64,000 nucleotides of DNA from Candidatus Bathyarchaeota archaeon (lineage in GTDB: Archaea > Thermoproteota > Bathyarchaeia > Bathyarchaeales > Bathycorpusculaceae): assembly GCA_963739305.1 (NCBI GenBank), contig CAVTZU010000011.1:64001-128000 (forward strand). The letters run 5' to 3'. This document shows positions 29,439 through 39,559 of the stretch, in pieces. The number at the start of each line of letters is the position of its first letter. The first letter of the stretch is position 1. A program made the position numbers and the translations under genes. Under the pieces are notes generated by a model. That model was not told the DNA's origin, ran no database searches, and saw only the letters and a program-made list of their open reading frames with translations.

Positions 29439-29663
29439 CTTATATGGCTCCTTTCACACCACTTGAATTGGTTCAAAATAAAAACTTTTTCCCAACTGGA
29501 ACTAGATTCAAATGTCCCTGAGGGGAATGGAAATCTTCCGCATATCCATTCTTTCTATCATATCAAAAGGCAGTTCGCTGACTGTTGGATAAACAAGAAA
29601 GCAGAATTTGCTTCATTGGTTCATTTCAAGAGAAATGTTGTGGTGTGCTTTCGTTGGACCAGT

Positions 29664-31151
29664 TTAGGCCAGAACTGAGGTTAAGAGACGGGTTATCAGG
29701 TCTGGGAAAATTCCGATGAGGAGTGATATGAAGGCTAGTGCGAAGAGCGGGGCAACCATGGAAATCGGTGCCTCTTTGACCTTATCCATTGACTGTGGGA
29801 GTTCTCCGAAGAACATTCTGACTGCCGGCCAGAAGGTGTAGGCGACGGTTAGAAAAGTCGCCAAAATCCCTATGACTGCCAGGGCTAAACCAAACGTGCC
29901 ACCGAGTATCCCTTGCTTGAAGACGCCTGTAAATAACATCCACTCCGCCTGAAAGCCACTGAGCGGAGGGATCGCAGAGAGAATCATGGAACCGAGAAGA
30001 CATACCGTTGCTGTCAGAGGCATTTTTCGTGCCAGCCCTCCCATCTTACTTATGCTTCTCGTTCCCGTTTGAGAAAGCATGATGCCTGCAACCGAGAAGA
30101 GAATACACTTGCCGAGCATGTGGCTTATGAAATAGTAAACACCGCCGACAACACCGATGGTTGTCATACTCGCGATTCCCAGGATTGAATAGGCGGTTTG
30201 GCTTATTGTCGAGCAGGCGTACAGTCGTTTGACATCATCTTGTGCCATCGTAAGAAATGCTCCGTAAATGATTGTGACAACCGCGAGAATCGACAGCGGA
30301 ATCTGGAACAATTGAAAAGTGGTGAGCATATTTCCGAAAAGCAGACGTGCAAACACGTAGTTTCCAAGACCGACAATTGTTGCAATGATCGCGGCGATTG
30401 ATGTTGGGTGTTCACCGTGAGCGTAGGGTAGCCAGACGTGGAAGCCGAAGGTTGCCATTTTGAATAGCCAACCGACGACCATGAACAAGCATACCCAGAG
30501 TCCAAGCGATGTATTGTCAATCAATGAGAGGGCAGTGATTTCAAAACTGCCCGTTCCGGCGTAGGCTAAGACGATTCCTATTAGAAAGAGTGCGGCTCCA
30601 ACGTGATTCCAGATGAAGTACATCATGGCGATGCGATGCCTGTCCACGTATCCAAAAAGATCAATCATTATGTAGGAAGGTATCAGCGCTAACTCCACGA
30701 AAAGGTACATTGCGATGAGGTTTGTGGAGAGCGCTACGCCGGTAAGGCCAACTGAGAACAAAAGGTAGATTGAGTAGTAGACTCTGTACATTCCTGTCGA
30801 TTCTTTTCCATACAACTCCTCTATTCTGTGCTGCATATAGCGGATCGAATAGACGGCGCATGCAGTGCAAACGAGGTTCATTACCAGGGCTACCGGCAGG
30901 CTTAAACCGTCTGCTCGGAATCCAAATTTCAGATTTGGAATAGTGGCGCTCCAATTGTACTGCTCAAAAACCTGCCCCCCGTTGTAGAATATGTCTAGAC
31001 CCGCGTACAATAGCAGAAGAGACGTGTACAGGAGGACGCCGAAAACGATCCAGCCTAGACGTTTACCTATGCGTTTTCCTAGAAGTGCTACGACTAATGA
31101 AGAGACAATTGGGACGATGATGACTTGGAGTAGCAGGTAAGGAATCTGCAT
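29664..31151 (-). CDS. NuoM/MrpD-like antiporter subunit
   Basis: About 14 TM helices, E(LALIP), K...FHVWLP.AH, GFQAEW. Confidence 0.9.
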   Translation of the reverse strand: MQIPYLLLQVIIVPIVSSLVVALLGKRIGKRLGWIVFGVLLYTSLLLLYAGLDIFYNGGQVFEQYNWSATIPNLKFGFRADGLSLPVALVMNLVCTACAVYSIRYMQHRIEELYGKESTGMYRVYYSIYLLFSVGLTGVALSTNLIAMYLFVELALIPSYIMIDLFGYVDRHRIAMMYFIWNHVGAALFLIGIVLAYAGTGSFEITALSLIDNTSLGLWVCLFMVVGWLFKMATFGFHVWLPYAHGEHPTSIAAIIATIVGLGNYVFARLLFGNMLTTFQLFQIPLSILAVVTIIYGAFLTMAQDDVKRLYACSTISQTAYSILGIASMTTIGVVGGVYYFISHMLGKCILFSVAGIMLSQTGTRSISKMGGLARKMPLTATVCLLGSMILSAIPPLSGFQAEWMLFTGVFKQGILGGTFGLALAVIGILATFLTVAYTFWPAVRMFFGELPQSMDKVKEAPISMVAPLFALAFISLLIGIFPDLITRLLTSVLA

Positions 31152-33206
31152 CTAGAAGACCCCCAGCCCGCGTAGGCCGATTAGTATGGCGGCGATGAGC
31201 AGGATGAAGTAAAGCAAGTTCACTGATAGTATCCCCGTCTGGATTTTCTTTGCGCTTCTGTGAACTCCGGCGAAGAATGCTGGGACTTCGACGTTGAGGA
31301 GGCGGTCAAGTGGGTTTTCGATGAAACGTACGGCTCCTTCTTTCATTGCGAGAGCGGTCTTCACGAATGCTGCGTTGTAGAAGGCTTCCATGTACCACCG
31401 GTTCCAGAGGAACCGATGTATCCGTCTAAGGCCCGTGTGCTTGGACAGGAGGCTTTCGGCGTCAGCTTTGTGGGATATGAAGAATCGGTAGGCAGGCACC
31501 ATGCCTATTGCTATCATTGCGATTGAGCTTAGCGCGATTGAAATCTCGAGAAACACAGTGTTTGACCCGATGTTCGTTGCGGTTGTATTGGCGATGTTGA
31601 CCAGCCCGAGAGAATCTGTTACATATCTCTTGAAGACGTCGGTTAGGAACTCGTTGACCCAGGGTCCTGCCAGTCCGATCGCGACAGTGAGCGCCGACAA
31701 TATGCCGAGTGGTGCAAGCATCAGGTTGCTGGTTTCTTTCTTGTGTTCCGCATTTGTTTCTTCTGGTTGTTTCTTGTTGAAGATCATACCCATGATTCGC
31801 ACGGCGTAGAGTGATGTCAATATGACTGTTATCAGGCTCACGGCAAACAGGCCGTACTGGCCGCTTTGCCAGCAGGTCAGGAGGACTGCGTCTTTGCTCC
31901 AGAAGCCGGAGAGAGGGGGGAAGCCTATTAGTGAGAGAGCTGCGATCCACATGAAAAGCCAGGTCAGGTTCATTTTTCGGCGTGATAGTTTCATGTCGGG
32001 CATGTAGATTGAACCTGAAACGTGGATGATTATGCCAGCGCACAGGAACAGGGCTGCTTTGAAGATGCCGTGGTTTATTAGGAAGAATATTCCAGCGGAC
32101 ATTCCTTCGGCGAGTGTACCCGAGCTCAGTCCGGAGACGCCGAGTGCGAGCATCATGTAGCCTATGGTGCTCATCGTGGAGTAGGCCAGCGCCTTTTTGA
32201 GTTCCTGGGCCACTAGCGCTTGGGATGCTCCCAAGAAAAGTGTGAAGCCGCCGATGGCTGCTACGAGGACGAAGAAGATCGAAGCTTCTGGAAGATTTAG
32301 CATCCAGTAGCCGACGAAGAATATCGGCAGGATTCGGGCGACTAAGTAGACTCCTGCCTTCACCATCGTGGCAGCATGAATGAGGGCTGAAACGGGTGTG
32401 GGTCCCGCCATCGCTTCCGGTAGCCATTCTTGAAAGGGAAACTGCGCGGACTTGGCAAGAGGTCCGGCGAGGATAAGGATCGCTGTGAGGGTTAGGACTC
32501 CGGGGCTTGCGGCCATCGCGGCTAACCAACCGCCGCCTGCTGCTTGTGCGGTTTGCAGGAGCTGCATGAAGTTGAAGGTGCCTGAGTACAGGTAGATCAC
32601 GATGATGCCTGCGAGCAGCGAGATGTCGCCGACGGAGGTGACTAAGAGGGCTTTCAGGCCGGCTCTTGACGGTTTCCAGAACGGTGTAGGCGGTGGTCCT
32701 CCTATCCAGTGTTCTTTTTCATCGTTGTAGTAGTAGCCTATCAGGGCGAAGCTGCATAGACCCACAATTTTCCAGCCGACAAAGAAAAGTATGAAGTTGT
32801 CGGCCATCACCAAAAGGAGCATGCCGCTCATGAAGAGTGACATCAAGAACCAGTAGCGGCCAGAGTTGGGGTCGTCTTCTACGTACTTCAGAGAGTAGAC
32901 GAGTATGAGGAGCCCGAGGAAGGCGACTATGTTTGCCAAGATGATGCTTAATGCATCTACGAGCATTCCGACGTGTAAGCCTGTGCCAAATGGAAGGCTG
33001 AACCAGAACAACTGTTTATCAAGGATGCTTGAAGTGAAAAGGTCTGGAATCATGAAAGCTGCCATGAGCCAGCCTAGGAACGAGAAGACGACAACGGTGA
33101 CGCCTCTGACTGTTCTCCCGGCTCTCGCCAAGACCAATGAGAGTATGGCTCCGATCGCGGGGAAGATCCATATGAGCCATGGGACAATGTCAGGGTTCCA
33201 GATCAT
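31152..33206 (-). CDS. NuoL-like antiporter subunit
   Basis: KSAQFPFQEWLPEAMAGPTPVSALIHAATMVKAG, GFWSKD, C-terminal lateral helix. Confidence 0.92.
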   Translation of the reverse strand: MIWNPDIVPWLIWIFPAIGAILSLVLARAGRTVRGVTVVVFSFLGWLMAAFMIPDLFTSSILDKQLFWFSLPFGTGLHVGMLVDALSIILANIVAFLGLLILVYSLKYVEDDPNSGRYWFLMSLFMSGMLLLVMADNFILFFVGWKIVGLCSFALIGYYYNDEKEHWIGGPPPTPFWKPSRAGLKALLVTSVGDISLLAGIIVIYLYSGTFNFMQLLQTAQAAGGGWLAAMAASPGVLTLTAILILAGPLAKSAQFPFQEWLPEAMAGPTPVSALIHAATMVKAGVYLVARILPIFFVGYWMLNLPEASIFFVLVAAIGGFTLFLGASQALVAQELKKALAYSTMSTIGYMMLALGVSGLSSGTLAEGMSAGIFFLINHGIFKAALFLCAGIIIHVSGSIYMPDMKLSRRKMNLTWLFMWIAALSLIGFPPLSGFWSKDAVLLTCWQSGQYGLFAVSLITVILTSLYAVRIMGMIFNKKQPEETNAEHKKETSNLMLAPLGILSALTVAIGLAGPWVNEFLTDVFKRYVTDSLGLVNIANTTATNIGSNTVFLEISIALSSIAMIAIGMVPAYRFFISHKADAESLLSKHTGLRRIHRFLWNRWYMEAFYNAAFVKTALAMKEGAVRFIENPLDRLLNVEVPAFFAGVHRSAKKIQTGILSVNLLYFILLIAAILIGLRGLGVF

Positions 33207-33211
33207 TCATG

Positions 33212-34687
33212 TCACCTGCCGGTCAGCGCGGGCAGCAATCCCGCGACTGCTTGTTGAGCGAGTTTTATTACTGGCTCAGGGTAGATTCCGAATATGATTA
33301 TGAGGGCGGTCATGACGCCAATTGGGATAAGCATGAGAATCGGTGCTTCTTTTGCTTTTTCAGCGGCGTTGGACAATGTAGGTTGTATGAGTGCCTTGAG
33401 TACTCTGAGATAGAATGCCGCTGAGAGTATGCTGTTGAGTACTATGGCGACTCCGAGCCACGCGACATTTGCAGTTGTCGCTGCTGTTAGCAGCGTCAAT
33501 TCGCTTATGAAGCCGTTAAGGGGAGGCATGCCTATCAGCGCGAAAAGGGAAACAGCGAAGAATATTGTTGTGATGGGCATTTTGCGGCCGACTCCAGAGA
33601 ACTCTTTTAGGCTTCTTGTTTCCAAGCGGAAGATGATGGCGCCGGCGCACAAGAAGGCCGCGCCTTTCATCAAGGAGTGGTTAAAGATGTGCAGGAGCGT
33701 GCCGGTCAGACCTAGCTGTGTTCCCACGGCAAGTCCGACAAGCATGTAGCCGACGTGTCCGATGCTTGAGTACGCGAGCAGTCTTTTGACGTCGTCTTGC
33801 AGCAAGGCCGTGACGTTTCCCAGTGTCATTGTTAGAATGCTTAGAATTGCGAGGATGCTGAACCATTGTTGCTGAACAGAAAAGAACGCGGTGAAGAAGG
33901 TGCGGAGTAACGCGTAAACGCCGGTTTCGATTACGACGCCAGAGAGCATTGCCGAGATAGGTGTTGGAGCTGCTGAGTGCGCGTCAGGCAGCCAAGTGTG
34001 TAGGGGGACGATTGCGGCCTTGACGCCGAACCCGACGAGGATGAACAGGAAGGCGATGTAGAACCAGACGGTTGACGGTGCTTGATTGAACGCTGCGTAT
34101 AATCCTTGAAAGTTGAGGGTTCCGGCCATTCCATACAGGAAGGAGATGCCGAGGAGGATCGTTGCCGAGCCTGCGGCGCTCATTACTAGGTACTTGAAGC
34201 CTGCTTCTACTGGTTCCCATGTTTCTCTCCTGAAAGCTACGAGTACGTAGGATGAAATTGACATGAGTTCCCAGAAAACGTATAGAGTGAAGAGGTCTCC
34301 TGCGAAGACTGTTCCGATCATGCCGCTTATCATTGCGAGTAGTAAAGTGAAGTAGAGCGGTTTGCCGCTGTCTTTCTCCATGTACTTGATCGAGTAGACG
34401 GCCGCAGCGAGACCTATGCCGATGAATATGCCTGTCATGAAAATGCTTAGCATGTCCGTTCTTACTATTGCAGAGAACAATCCGCTGCCTGTTGCAGGCG
34501 TTGGGTTTGATGAGAAGTTCGTGTACATGATGTACAGGCTTATTCCGGCGGCGATGAGTCCGATTGAAGCGTAGACTCCGGTGAAACTTCGTTTGCGCAT
34601 TCTTGAAGCGAGCGCTCCGACCAGCGGCGCAGTGACGGTGAACAGCAGGAGTGTGTCGAGGACGAGGTTGAACAAGCTATTGATCAT
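33212..34687 (-). CDS. NuoN/MrpD-like antiporter subunit
   Basis: WELMS, EAGFKY, KAAIVPLHTWLPDAH, KRLLAYSSI. Confidence 0.92.
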   Translation of the reverse strand: MINSLFNLVLDTLLLFTVTAPLVGALASRMRKRSFTGVYASIGLIAAGISLYIMYTNFSSNPTPATGSGLFSAIVRTDMLSIFMTGIFIGIGLAAAVYSIKYMEKDSGKPLYFTLLLAMISGMIGTVFAGDLFTLYVFWELMSISSYVLVAFRRETWEPVEAGFKYLVMSAAGSATILLGISFLYGMAGTLNFQGLYAAFNQAPSTVWFYIAFLFILVGFGVKAAIVPLHTWLPDAHSAAPTPISAMLSGVVIETGVYALLRTFFTAFFSVQQQWFSILAILSILTMTLGNVTALLQDDVKRLLAYSSIGHVGYMLVGLAVGTQLGLTGTLLHIFNHSLMKGAAFLCAGAIIFRLETRSLKEFSGVGRKMPITTIFFAVSLFALIGMPPLNGFISELTLLTAATTANVAWLGVAIVLNSILSAAFYLRVLKALIQPTLSNAAEKAKEAPILMLIPIGVMTALIIIFGIYPEPVIKLAQQAVAGLLPALTGR

Positions 34688-34998
34688 CCTCTGAGTCGTC
34701 TTATTTCTCTAACGTCCAGGGTGCCGAAGTGTTTGTAGACGTAAACGACGAGTATCAGTGCAACGGCGCTCACGGAGCCGGATATGCCTATCGAAATGAT
34801 GGCCATCGAGTGTGATAACGGATCTACGAAGCCTGGCAATGCGTAAGCTCCGAAAGCGATGAAGCTGACGTTTGCTGCGTTCAGGAGGATTTCTATTCCT
34901 AGGATGAGCCTGATCATGTTTCGTTTTGTTGCAAGGCAGTACATTCCAATCAAATAGAGGCCGAGTGCGAAGATTATATAGTATGAAAGGTCAATCAT
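34684..34998 (-). CDS. NuoK-like subunit
   Basis: KRNMIRLILGIEILLNAAN; 3 TM helices. Confidence 0.88.
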   Translation of the reverse strand: MIDLSYYIIFALGLYLIGMYCLATKRNMIRLILGIEILLNAANVSFIAFGAYALPGFVDPLSHSMAIISIGISGSVSAVALILVVYVYKHFGTLDVREIRRLRG

Positions 34999-35275
34999 TC
35001 GCGTCTTCCTCTTTGTGCGTTGTCCTTAGGATGGCAAGAGATCCTGCTGCTGCGGCGAATATGACGAAGGCTTGGGCAACTAAGTCTAGCGTACGGTCGG
35101 TCCACATGAAAACGCTGTCCTTGGCTCCGATGTCTTGCGTAACGTTTATGAATCGATCGGAGCTGGAGGCAAATTTGAATATTGGGAAAGGCGACTGAAT
35201 TACTATCAACGCGAAAAGTGCTATTGTTAATAATGCTGCGAGAGAACCTGCGATCGTTATTCTATCGGGATTCAA
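34991..35275 (-). CDS. Small membrane subunit (NuoJ C-terminal/MnhB-like)
   Basis: FMW..R.LDL..QAFVIFAAA; operon position. Confidence 0.7.
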   Translation of the reverse strand: MNPDRITIAGSLAALLTIALFALIVIQSPFPIFKFASSSDRFINVTQDIGAKDSVFMWTDRTLDLVAQAFVIFAAAAGSLAILRTTHKEEDAND

Positions 35276-35527
35276 CTACCTCAGTTTCTCCTTCTGAGAA
35301 GTCAGCATGATTGCGGCCAGGAATATCGTTACGACAGCGCCCGCGTATATGAGAAGCTGGAAGACGGCCACATAAGGCGCATTCAAGATCCAAAAAAGGG
35401 CTCCGATCGCGATACACATGCCAGAGAACGAGATGACGGCATAAAGTATCTTCTTTAGCTCGACCGTAAGAAACGCCAGAATCAGTGCGGCAAACATCAA
35501 AATCAGTTGAAGAACCTCGGTTAGCAC
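35276..35527 (-). CDS. NuoJ N-terminal-like subunit
   Basis: LNAPYVAVFQLLIYAGAV; AGGAGG before GTG 35527. Confidence 0.85.
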   Translation of the reverse strand: MLTEVLQLILMFAALILAFLTVELKKILYAVISFSGMCIAIGALFWILNAPYVAVFQLLIYAGAVVTIFLAAIMLTSQKEKLR

Positions 35528-35564
35528 CCCACGTTTCCTCCTTGATTTTGGCGATTTGTTTAAC

Positions 35565-35596
35565 AAAAGCTTTAAAGGTTCTTTTAAAAGCTTTTT
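35565..35596. promoter_or_regulatory. Back-to-back BRE/TATA elements of the divergent hydrogenase operons
   Basis: AAAAGCTTTAAAG-GTT-CTTTTAAAAGCTTTTT imperfect inverted repeat in an 88-bp gap. Confidence 0.6.
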
Positions 35597-35615
35597 ACTT
35601 GGTCGAGGGACTTTA

Positions 35616-35948
35616 ATGGAGCAGATTTATCTTCTTCCCGCAGTGTTTGGTGTCTCTCTCCTGTTGGCCGCGGCGATTTACTTAGTCGGCGGAAGAATGC
35701 AGCCTAGGAAAACGTCGCAAGACGTGAGAAAAACCGAGTCTTACGCTTGTGGAGAAAACCTGCCCATCGAGGATCTAAGGGTGGACATGGAGAGGTTTCT
35801 TATGTTTGCTGTGTACTTTCTCATTTTTGACGTGCTTGCCTTCACTTTGGCGACGTCATTCTTCACATTAGGTCTGGTTCCGACAGCTTACGCTTTAATC
35901 GTGTTAACGGCAGTTGCAATGCTTGTTATTGCGAGGAGGCATCAGTAA
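35616..35948 (+). CDS. NuoA-like subunit
   Basis: KTESYACGE, FAVYFLIFDV; 3 TM helices. Confidence 0.85.
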   Translation: MEQIYLLPAVFGVSLLLAAAIYLVGGRMQPRKTSQDVRKTESYACGENLPIEDLRVDMERFLMFAVYFLIFDVLAFTLATSFFTLGLVPTAYALIVLTAVAMLVIARRHQ

Positions 35949-35949
35949 G

Positions 35950-36369
35950 ATGAGTATACGTAATTGGGCACGCGCGAAATCGCCCTGGCTGCTGCATTTC
36001 AACACGGGCGGATGCAACGGATGCGACATAGAGTTGGTTGCGGCGTTGACTCCAACGTTTGACGTTGAACGTTTCGGCATTAAGCTGCAGGGAAGCCCCA
36101 GGCACGCGGACATACTAGCGGTAACAGGACCCGTGACAGTTCAAATAAAAGATCGCTTGATGCGGGTTTATGAACAGGTGCCTGAGCCGAAGAAAGTCGT
36201 GGCTATAGGCGCCTGTGCCATTAGTGGGGCGCCGTTCAAGGACTGCTACAACGTTCACGGTGGGATTGACACTTTACTCCACGTCGACGCTTATGTTCCT
36301 GGATGTCCGCCCAAGCCTGAAGCTATCATCGACGGCTTAGCGAAGTTGATTTCGAAGAAGAAAGAGTGA
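35950..36369 (+). CDS. Group 4 hydrogenase small subunit (NuoB-like)
   Basis: GGCNGCDIE, SPRHAD, GACA, PGCPP. Confidence 0.93.
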   Translation: MSIRNWARAKSPWLLHFNTGGCNGCDIELVAALTPTFDVERFGIKLQGSPRHADILAVTGPVTVQIKDRLMRVYEQVPEPKKVVAIGACAISGAPFKDCYNVHGGIDTLLHVDAYVPGCPPKPEAIIDGLAKLISKKKE

Positions 36370-36848
36370 TGCTGATGGAGCGAGAGAACGAGATTACCAA
36401 GAATCTGCAGCTGATTTTCGGCGAGAAGCTAATCGAAATCAAGAATCCAAGGATGAGAAGGATCTTTGCGCGCGTAGAGGCGGATTCATTCAAGGCAGCG
36501 TTACCTCGCCTAATCAACGACGTGAAGCTGAATCATCTTGTGACGATCACGGGCATAGATCTGGGTCAAGAAATCGAGTTGCTTTATCACTTCACTCACG
36601 ATGGCTCAACAGTGGTTACGGTTGGGTTTAAGATCCCCAAAGATAGTCCGACGGTCAAGACTATTACAGACTTGGTTCCAGGCGCCGTTCTTTATGAGCG
36701 TGAAATTCACGAAATATTGGGCGTAAACTTTGAGGGGCATCCCAACCTTGCGCCTCTGATTCTGCCTGAGGAATGGCCTGAAGGTATTTACCCGCTTAGG
36801 AAAGATCGCAAGTTTGAAGAACTTCGGGAGATAGGTTCCAAAAAGTAA
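36369..36848 (+). CDS. NuoC-like subunit
   Basis: TITGID, YEREIHEILGVNFEGHP, YPLRKD. Confidence 0.92.
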   Translation: MLMERENEITKNLQLIFGEKLIEIKNPRMRRIFARVEADSFKAALPRLINDVKLNHLVTITGIDLGQEIELLYHFTHDGSTVVTVGFKIPKDSPTVKTITDLVPGAVLYEREIHEILGVNFEGHPNLAPLILPEEWPEGIYPLRKDRKFEELREIGSKK

Positions 36849-36861
36849 GGAGATATGGAAA

Positions 36862-38028
36862 ATGGGTTATGCGTCAACGATAAGAGTTCCCTTTGGTCCA
36901 CAACACCCAGCTTTGAAGGAGCCTGAAAACTTCATTTTTGAAGTTGACGGCGACATCGTCGTAGGCGTGACTCCACGTCTGGGTTACGTTCATCGAGGGG
37001 CGGAAAAGGCATTTGAAATTCGGACATACGTACAGAATATATACTTGGCAGAAAGAGTCTGCGGCATTTGTAGTCATGCTCACACTACCTGTTATGTGCA
37101 AGCTGTCGAAGACATTTTAGGTGCTCAAGTTCCACCAAGGGCAAAGTACATTCGGACCATAATCGCCGAGTTGGAAAGGCTTCACAGCCATTCTCTATGG
37201 GTTGGCATAGCTGCACACGAAGTAGGTTTCGACACGCTGTTCATGTACACTTGGAGGGACCGTGAAGCCATAATGGGTCTTCTTGAGGAGCTTTCAGGAA
37301 ACCGCGTCCACTACGCTATGAACACGATTGGAGGAGTGCGCCGAGACATAACGTCTGAAGGTGCATCAAAAACAAGAAGTACTCTCGACTCTTTCGAAAA
37401 GAGAACAAAAGATTACGCGAAGATTATGAAGACGGAAAGGACTTTCCAGAAGAGGGCACAAGGTGTGGGCATCTTAAAGAAGCAAGATGCCATCGACTTG
37501 GGCGCGGTAGGACCTACATTGCGTGGCAGCGGAGTGAAGAATGACGTTCGTGCTGACGACCCCTATGCGGCCTATGACGAGATACCCTTTGAGGTGATTT
37601 CTCATGAAGGATGCGATGTTCTCTGCAGGACGATTGTCAGGTGTGAGGAGATGCTGCAAAGCATAAACATGGTTCGTTTTGCACTGGATCACATGCCAAC
37701 TGGAGAGTTGCGGGTCAAAGTTCCTCCGGCTGTCCCAGCAGGCGAAGCGGTTTCAAGGGTTGAAGCCCCAAGAGGAGAACTGATGCATTATGCAAAATCG
37801 AATGGTACCACGAAGGCTGAAAGGTACAAAATTAGAAGCCCAACTCTCGCCAACATCCCAGCGTTGTGCAAAACGCTGATAGGCAGTCACATAGCTGACA
37901 TACCGTTGATCTTGGCTGGAATCGACCCGTGCTTCTCATGCATGGATCGGATGGCTTTCATCGATTCGAAAACGAGTAAAAGATGGATCTGGTCGATGGA
38001 GGAGCTGAGAAGGAAAACTTTGAAATGA
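36862..38028 (+). CDS. Group 4 [NiFe] hydrogenase large subunit
   Basis: L1 ERVCGICSHAH and L2 DPCFSCMDR give all four Ni-Cys ligands; C-terminal extension follows. Confidence 0.93.
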   Translation: MGYASTIRVPFGPQHPALKEPENFIFEVDGDIVVGVTPRLGYVHRGAEKAFEIRTYVQNIYLAERVCGICSHAHTTCYVQAVEDILGAQVPPRAKYIRTIIAELERLHSHSLWVGIAAHEVGFDTLFMYTWRDREAIMGLLEELSGNRVHYAMNTIGGVRRDITSEGASKTRSTLDSFEKRTKDYAKIMKTERTFQKRAQGVGILKKQDAIDLGAVGPTLRGSGVKNDVRADDPYAAYDEIPFEVISHEGCDVLCRTIVRCEEMLQSINMVRFALDHMPTGELRVKVPPAVPAGEAVSRVEAPRGELMHYAKSNGTTKAERYKIRSPTLANIPALCKTLIGSHIADIPLILAGIDPCFSCMDRMAFIDSKTSKRWIWSMEELRRKTLK

Positions 38029-38981
38029 CGCCTTATGAAGTGTTCCAGCTCCTCGTGTTTCCGGGGCTTATGCTGCTCGTCGTCCTAGCCTTCTTTTACG
38101 AATGGATAGACAGGAAGTTCTTTGCGAGACTTCAGAACAGGTATGGCCCACTGTACACGGGGCCTCTTGGTCTGTTTCAGCCGGTTGCGGATTTTATTAA
38201 ACTCCTCGGAAAGGAGGACATCGTGCCGTTGGCTTGCGATAAGCTTGTTTTCGCCTTGACGCCTATTCTTTATTTCGCGTTGCCTTTGACCGCCCTGTTT
38301 GTCGTTCCGATATCCGAGTCGACCGGCCTCATCGCTTTTGAAGGAGATCTTATTTTTGTCATGTTCATTTTCACTATGTTGGTCGTGACCGTTTTCTTGG
38401 CGGGCTGGAGTTCGGCAAATCGATTCGGCATAATAGGAGGGGTACGGGCGGCGCTTCAGATGCTGAGCTACGAGATTCCGTTGGGATTGGCAATGGTCGG
38501 TCCTGCTATTGCTGCTGGCAGTCTATCGATAAGCGCTATTGCCAATTGGCAGGCCAGCCATTTGGTTTGGTCGATATTTCTTCAGCCTATCGGTTTCGCG
38601 GTGTTGATCATCGGTTTGCTTGCGGAGCTCGAGTTTGTTCCATTTGACATTCCGGAAGCTGATACTGAAATCGTTGCAGGTTGGCGAACTGAGTTCAGCG
38701 GTAGAAAGCTTGCTCTGTTCAAGGTTGGGAGAGACTTAGAGTTGGTTCTCGCTTCCGCGATTGTGGCAGCGCTATATCTAGGTGGAGCTCAAGTGTTGGG
38801 TCCGGTACCCGCTATAGTTAGCTTCTTGATCAAGACCGTGATTGTTGTTCTTCTTCTCTCGTTCTTAAGGGCGGTTTTTGCGCGTTTCAGAATAGACCAG
38901 ATGACCGCTGGCATGTGGAAGTACCTGCTTCCTGTCGCGATCTTCCAGATAGTGCTTATACAGTTCGGGATCGGTAGATGA
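38025..38981 (+). CDS. NuoH-like membrane subunit
   Basis: DRKFFARLQNRYGP, QPVADFIKL, PFDIPEA, RFRIDQ. Confidence 0.93.
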   Translation: MTPYEVFQLLVFPGLMLLVVLAFFYEWIDRKFFARLQNRYGPLYTGPLGLFQPVADFIKLLGKEDIVPLACDKLVFALTPILYFALPLTALFVVPISESTGLIAFEGDLIFVMFIFTMLVVTVFLAGWSSANRFGIIGGVRAALQMLSYEIPLGLAMVGPAIAAGSLSISAIANWQASHLVWSIFLQPIGFAVLIIGLLAELEFVPFDIPEADTEIVAGWRTEFSGRKLALFKVGRDLELVLASAIVAALYLGGAQVLGPVPAIVSFLIKTVIVVLLLSFLRAVFARFRIDQMTAGMWKYLLPVAIFQIVLIQFGIGR

Positions 38982-38985
38982 TAAG

Positions 38986-39342
38986 ATGAGCGTCGTAAGA
39001 GAAGCGCTGAGGCAGATCGGTCGAAAACCAGCCACCCGGCAATATCCATTTGAGAAAGCAAAGGTGCCAAGCGGCTTCAGAGGTCGACCTGTGTGGGATA
39101 TGAAGAAATGCATAGGCTGCCTTCTATGTCAGAGTACGTGTCCGTCGGGCGCGATAGAGATAGTTGGAAAAGGGTTGGCGTGTGAGATTAAGTATTATCT
39201 GGATCGTTGTATCTTTTGTGCGCAGTGTGCCGAGATTTGTCCTGTGAAGGCAATTGCGATGAGTGAAGAGTTTGAGCTTGCTGGGTTTGATCGTTCAAAA
39301 ATGCTTTACTGGTACAAGAGGGAACCTCAACCAAAGCCATAG
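38986..39342 (+). CDS. NuoI-like 2x[4Fe-4S] subunit
   Basis: CIGCLLCQSTCP, CIFCAQCAEICP. Confidence 0.92.
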   Translation: MSVVREALRQIGRKPATRQYPFEKAKVPSGFRGRPVWDMKKCIGCLLCQSTCPSGAIEIVGKGLACEIKYYLDRCIFCAQCAEICPVKAIAMSEEFELAGFDRSKMLYWYKREPQPKP

Positions 39343-39559
39343 CAGAGTGACGCAGAGATCTGCACAGTCAGCTCACTCGTTCTTCGTGTTAACCTGACCT
39401 CTCTATGATAGAACATGGGCATAGCGGCCGAATCGGAAAATCAGGGAAGTCCTTTTCTTGGAATCATCGTCTTGAAGGATCGTGGTAAACCTATTTTCTC
39501 TGGATAAACGTTTATGTCCAGAATGGGAATTAAGGCTTGAAGTCGAGGCGGAGTTGAAG

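Noticed and set aside
31462-32529. 355-aa alternative-frame ORF inside the nuoL-like gene
   Set aside because: Arg/Ser/Pro-rich with no motifs; explained by host codon bias suppressing stop codons.
35950-39342. Calling the cluster NADH dehydrogenase (complex I)
   Set aside because: The D subunit retains its Ni ligands, hypE is adjacent and there is no NuoEFG.
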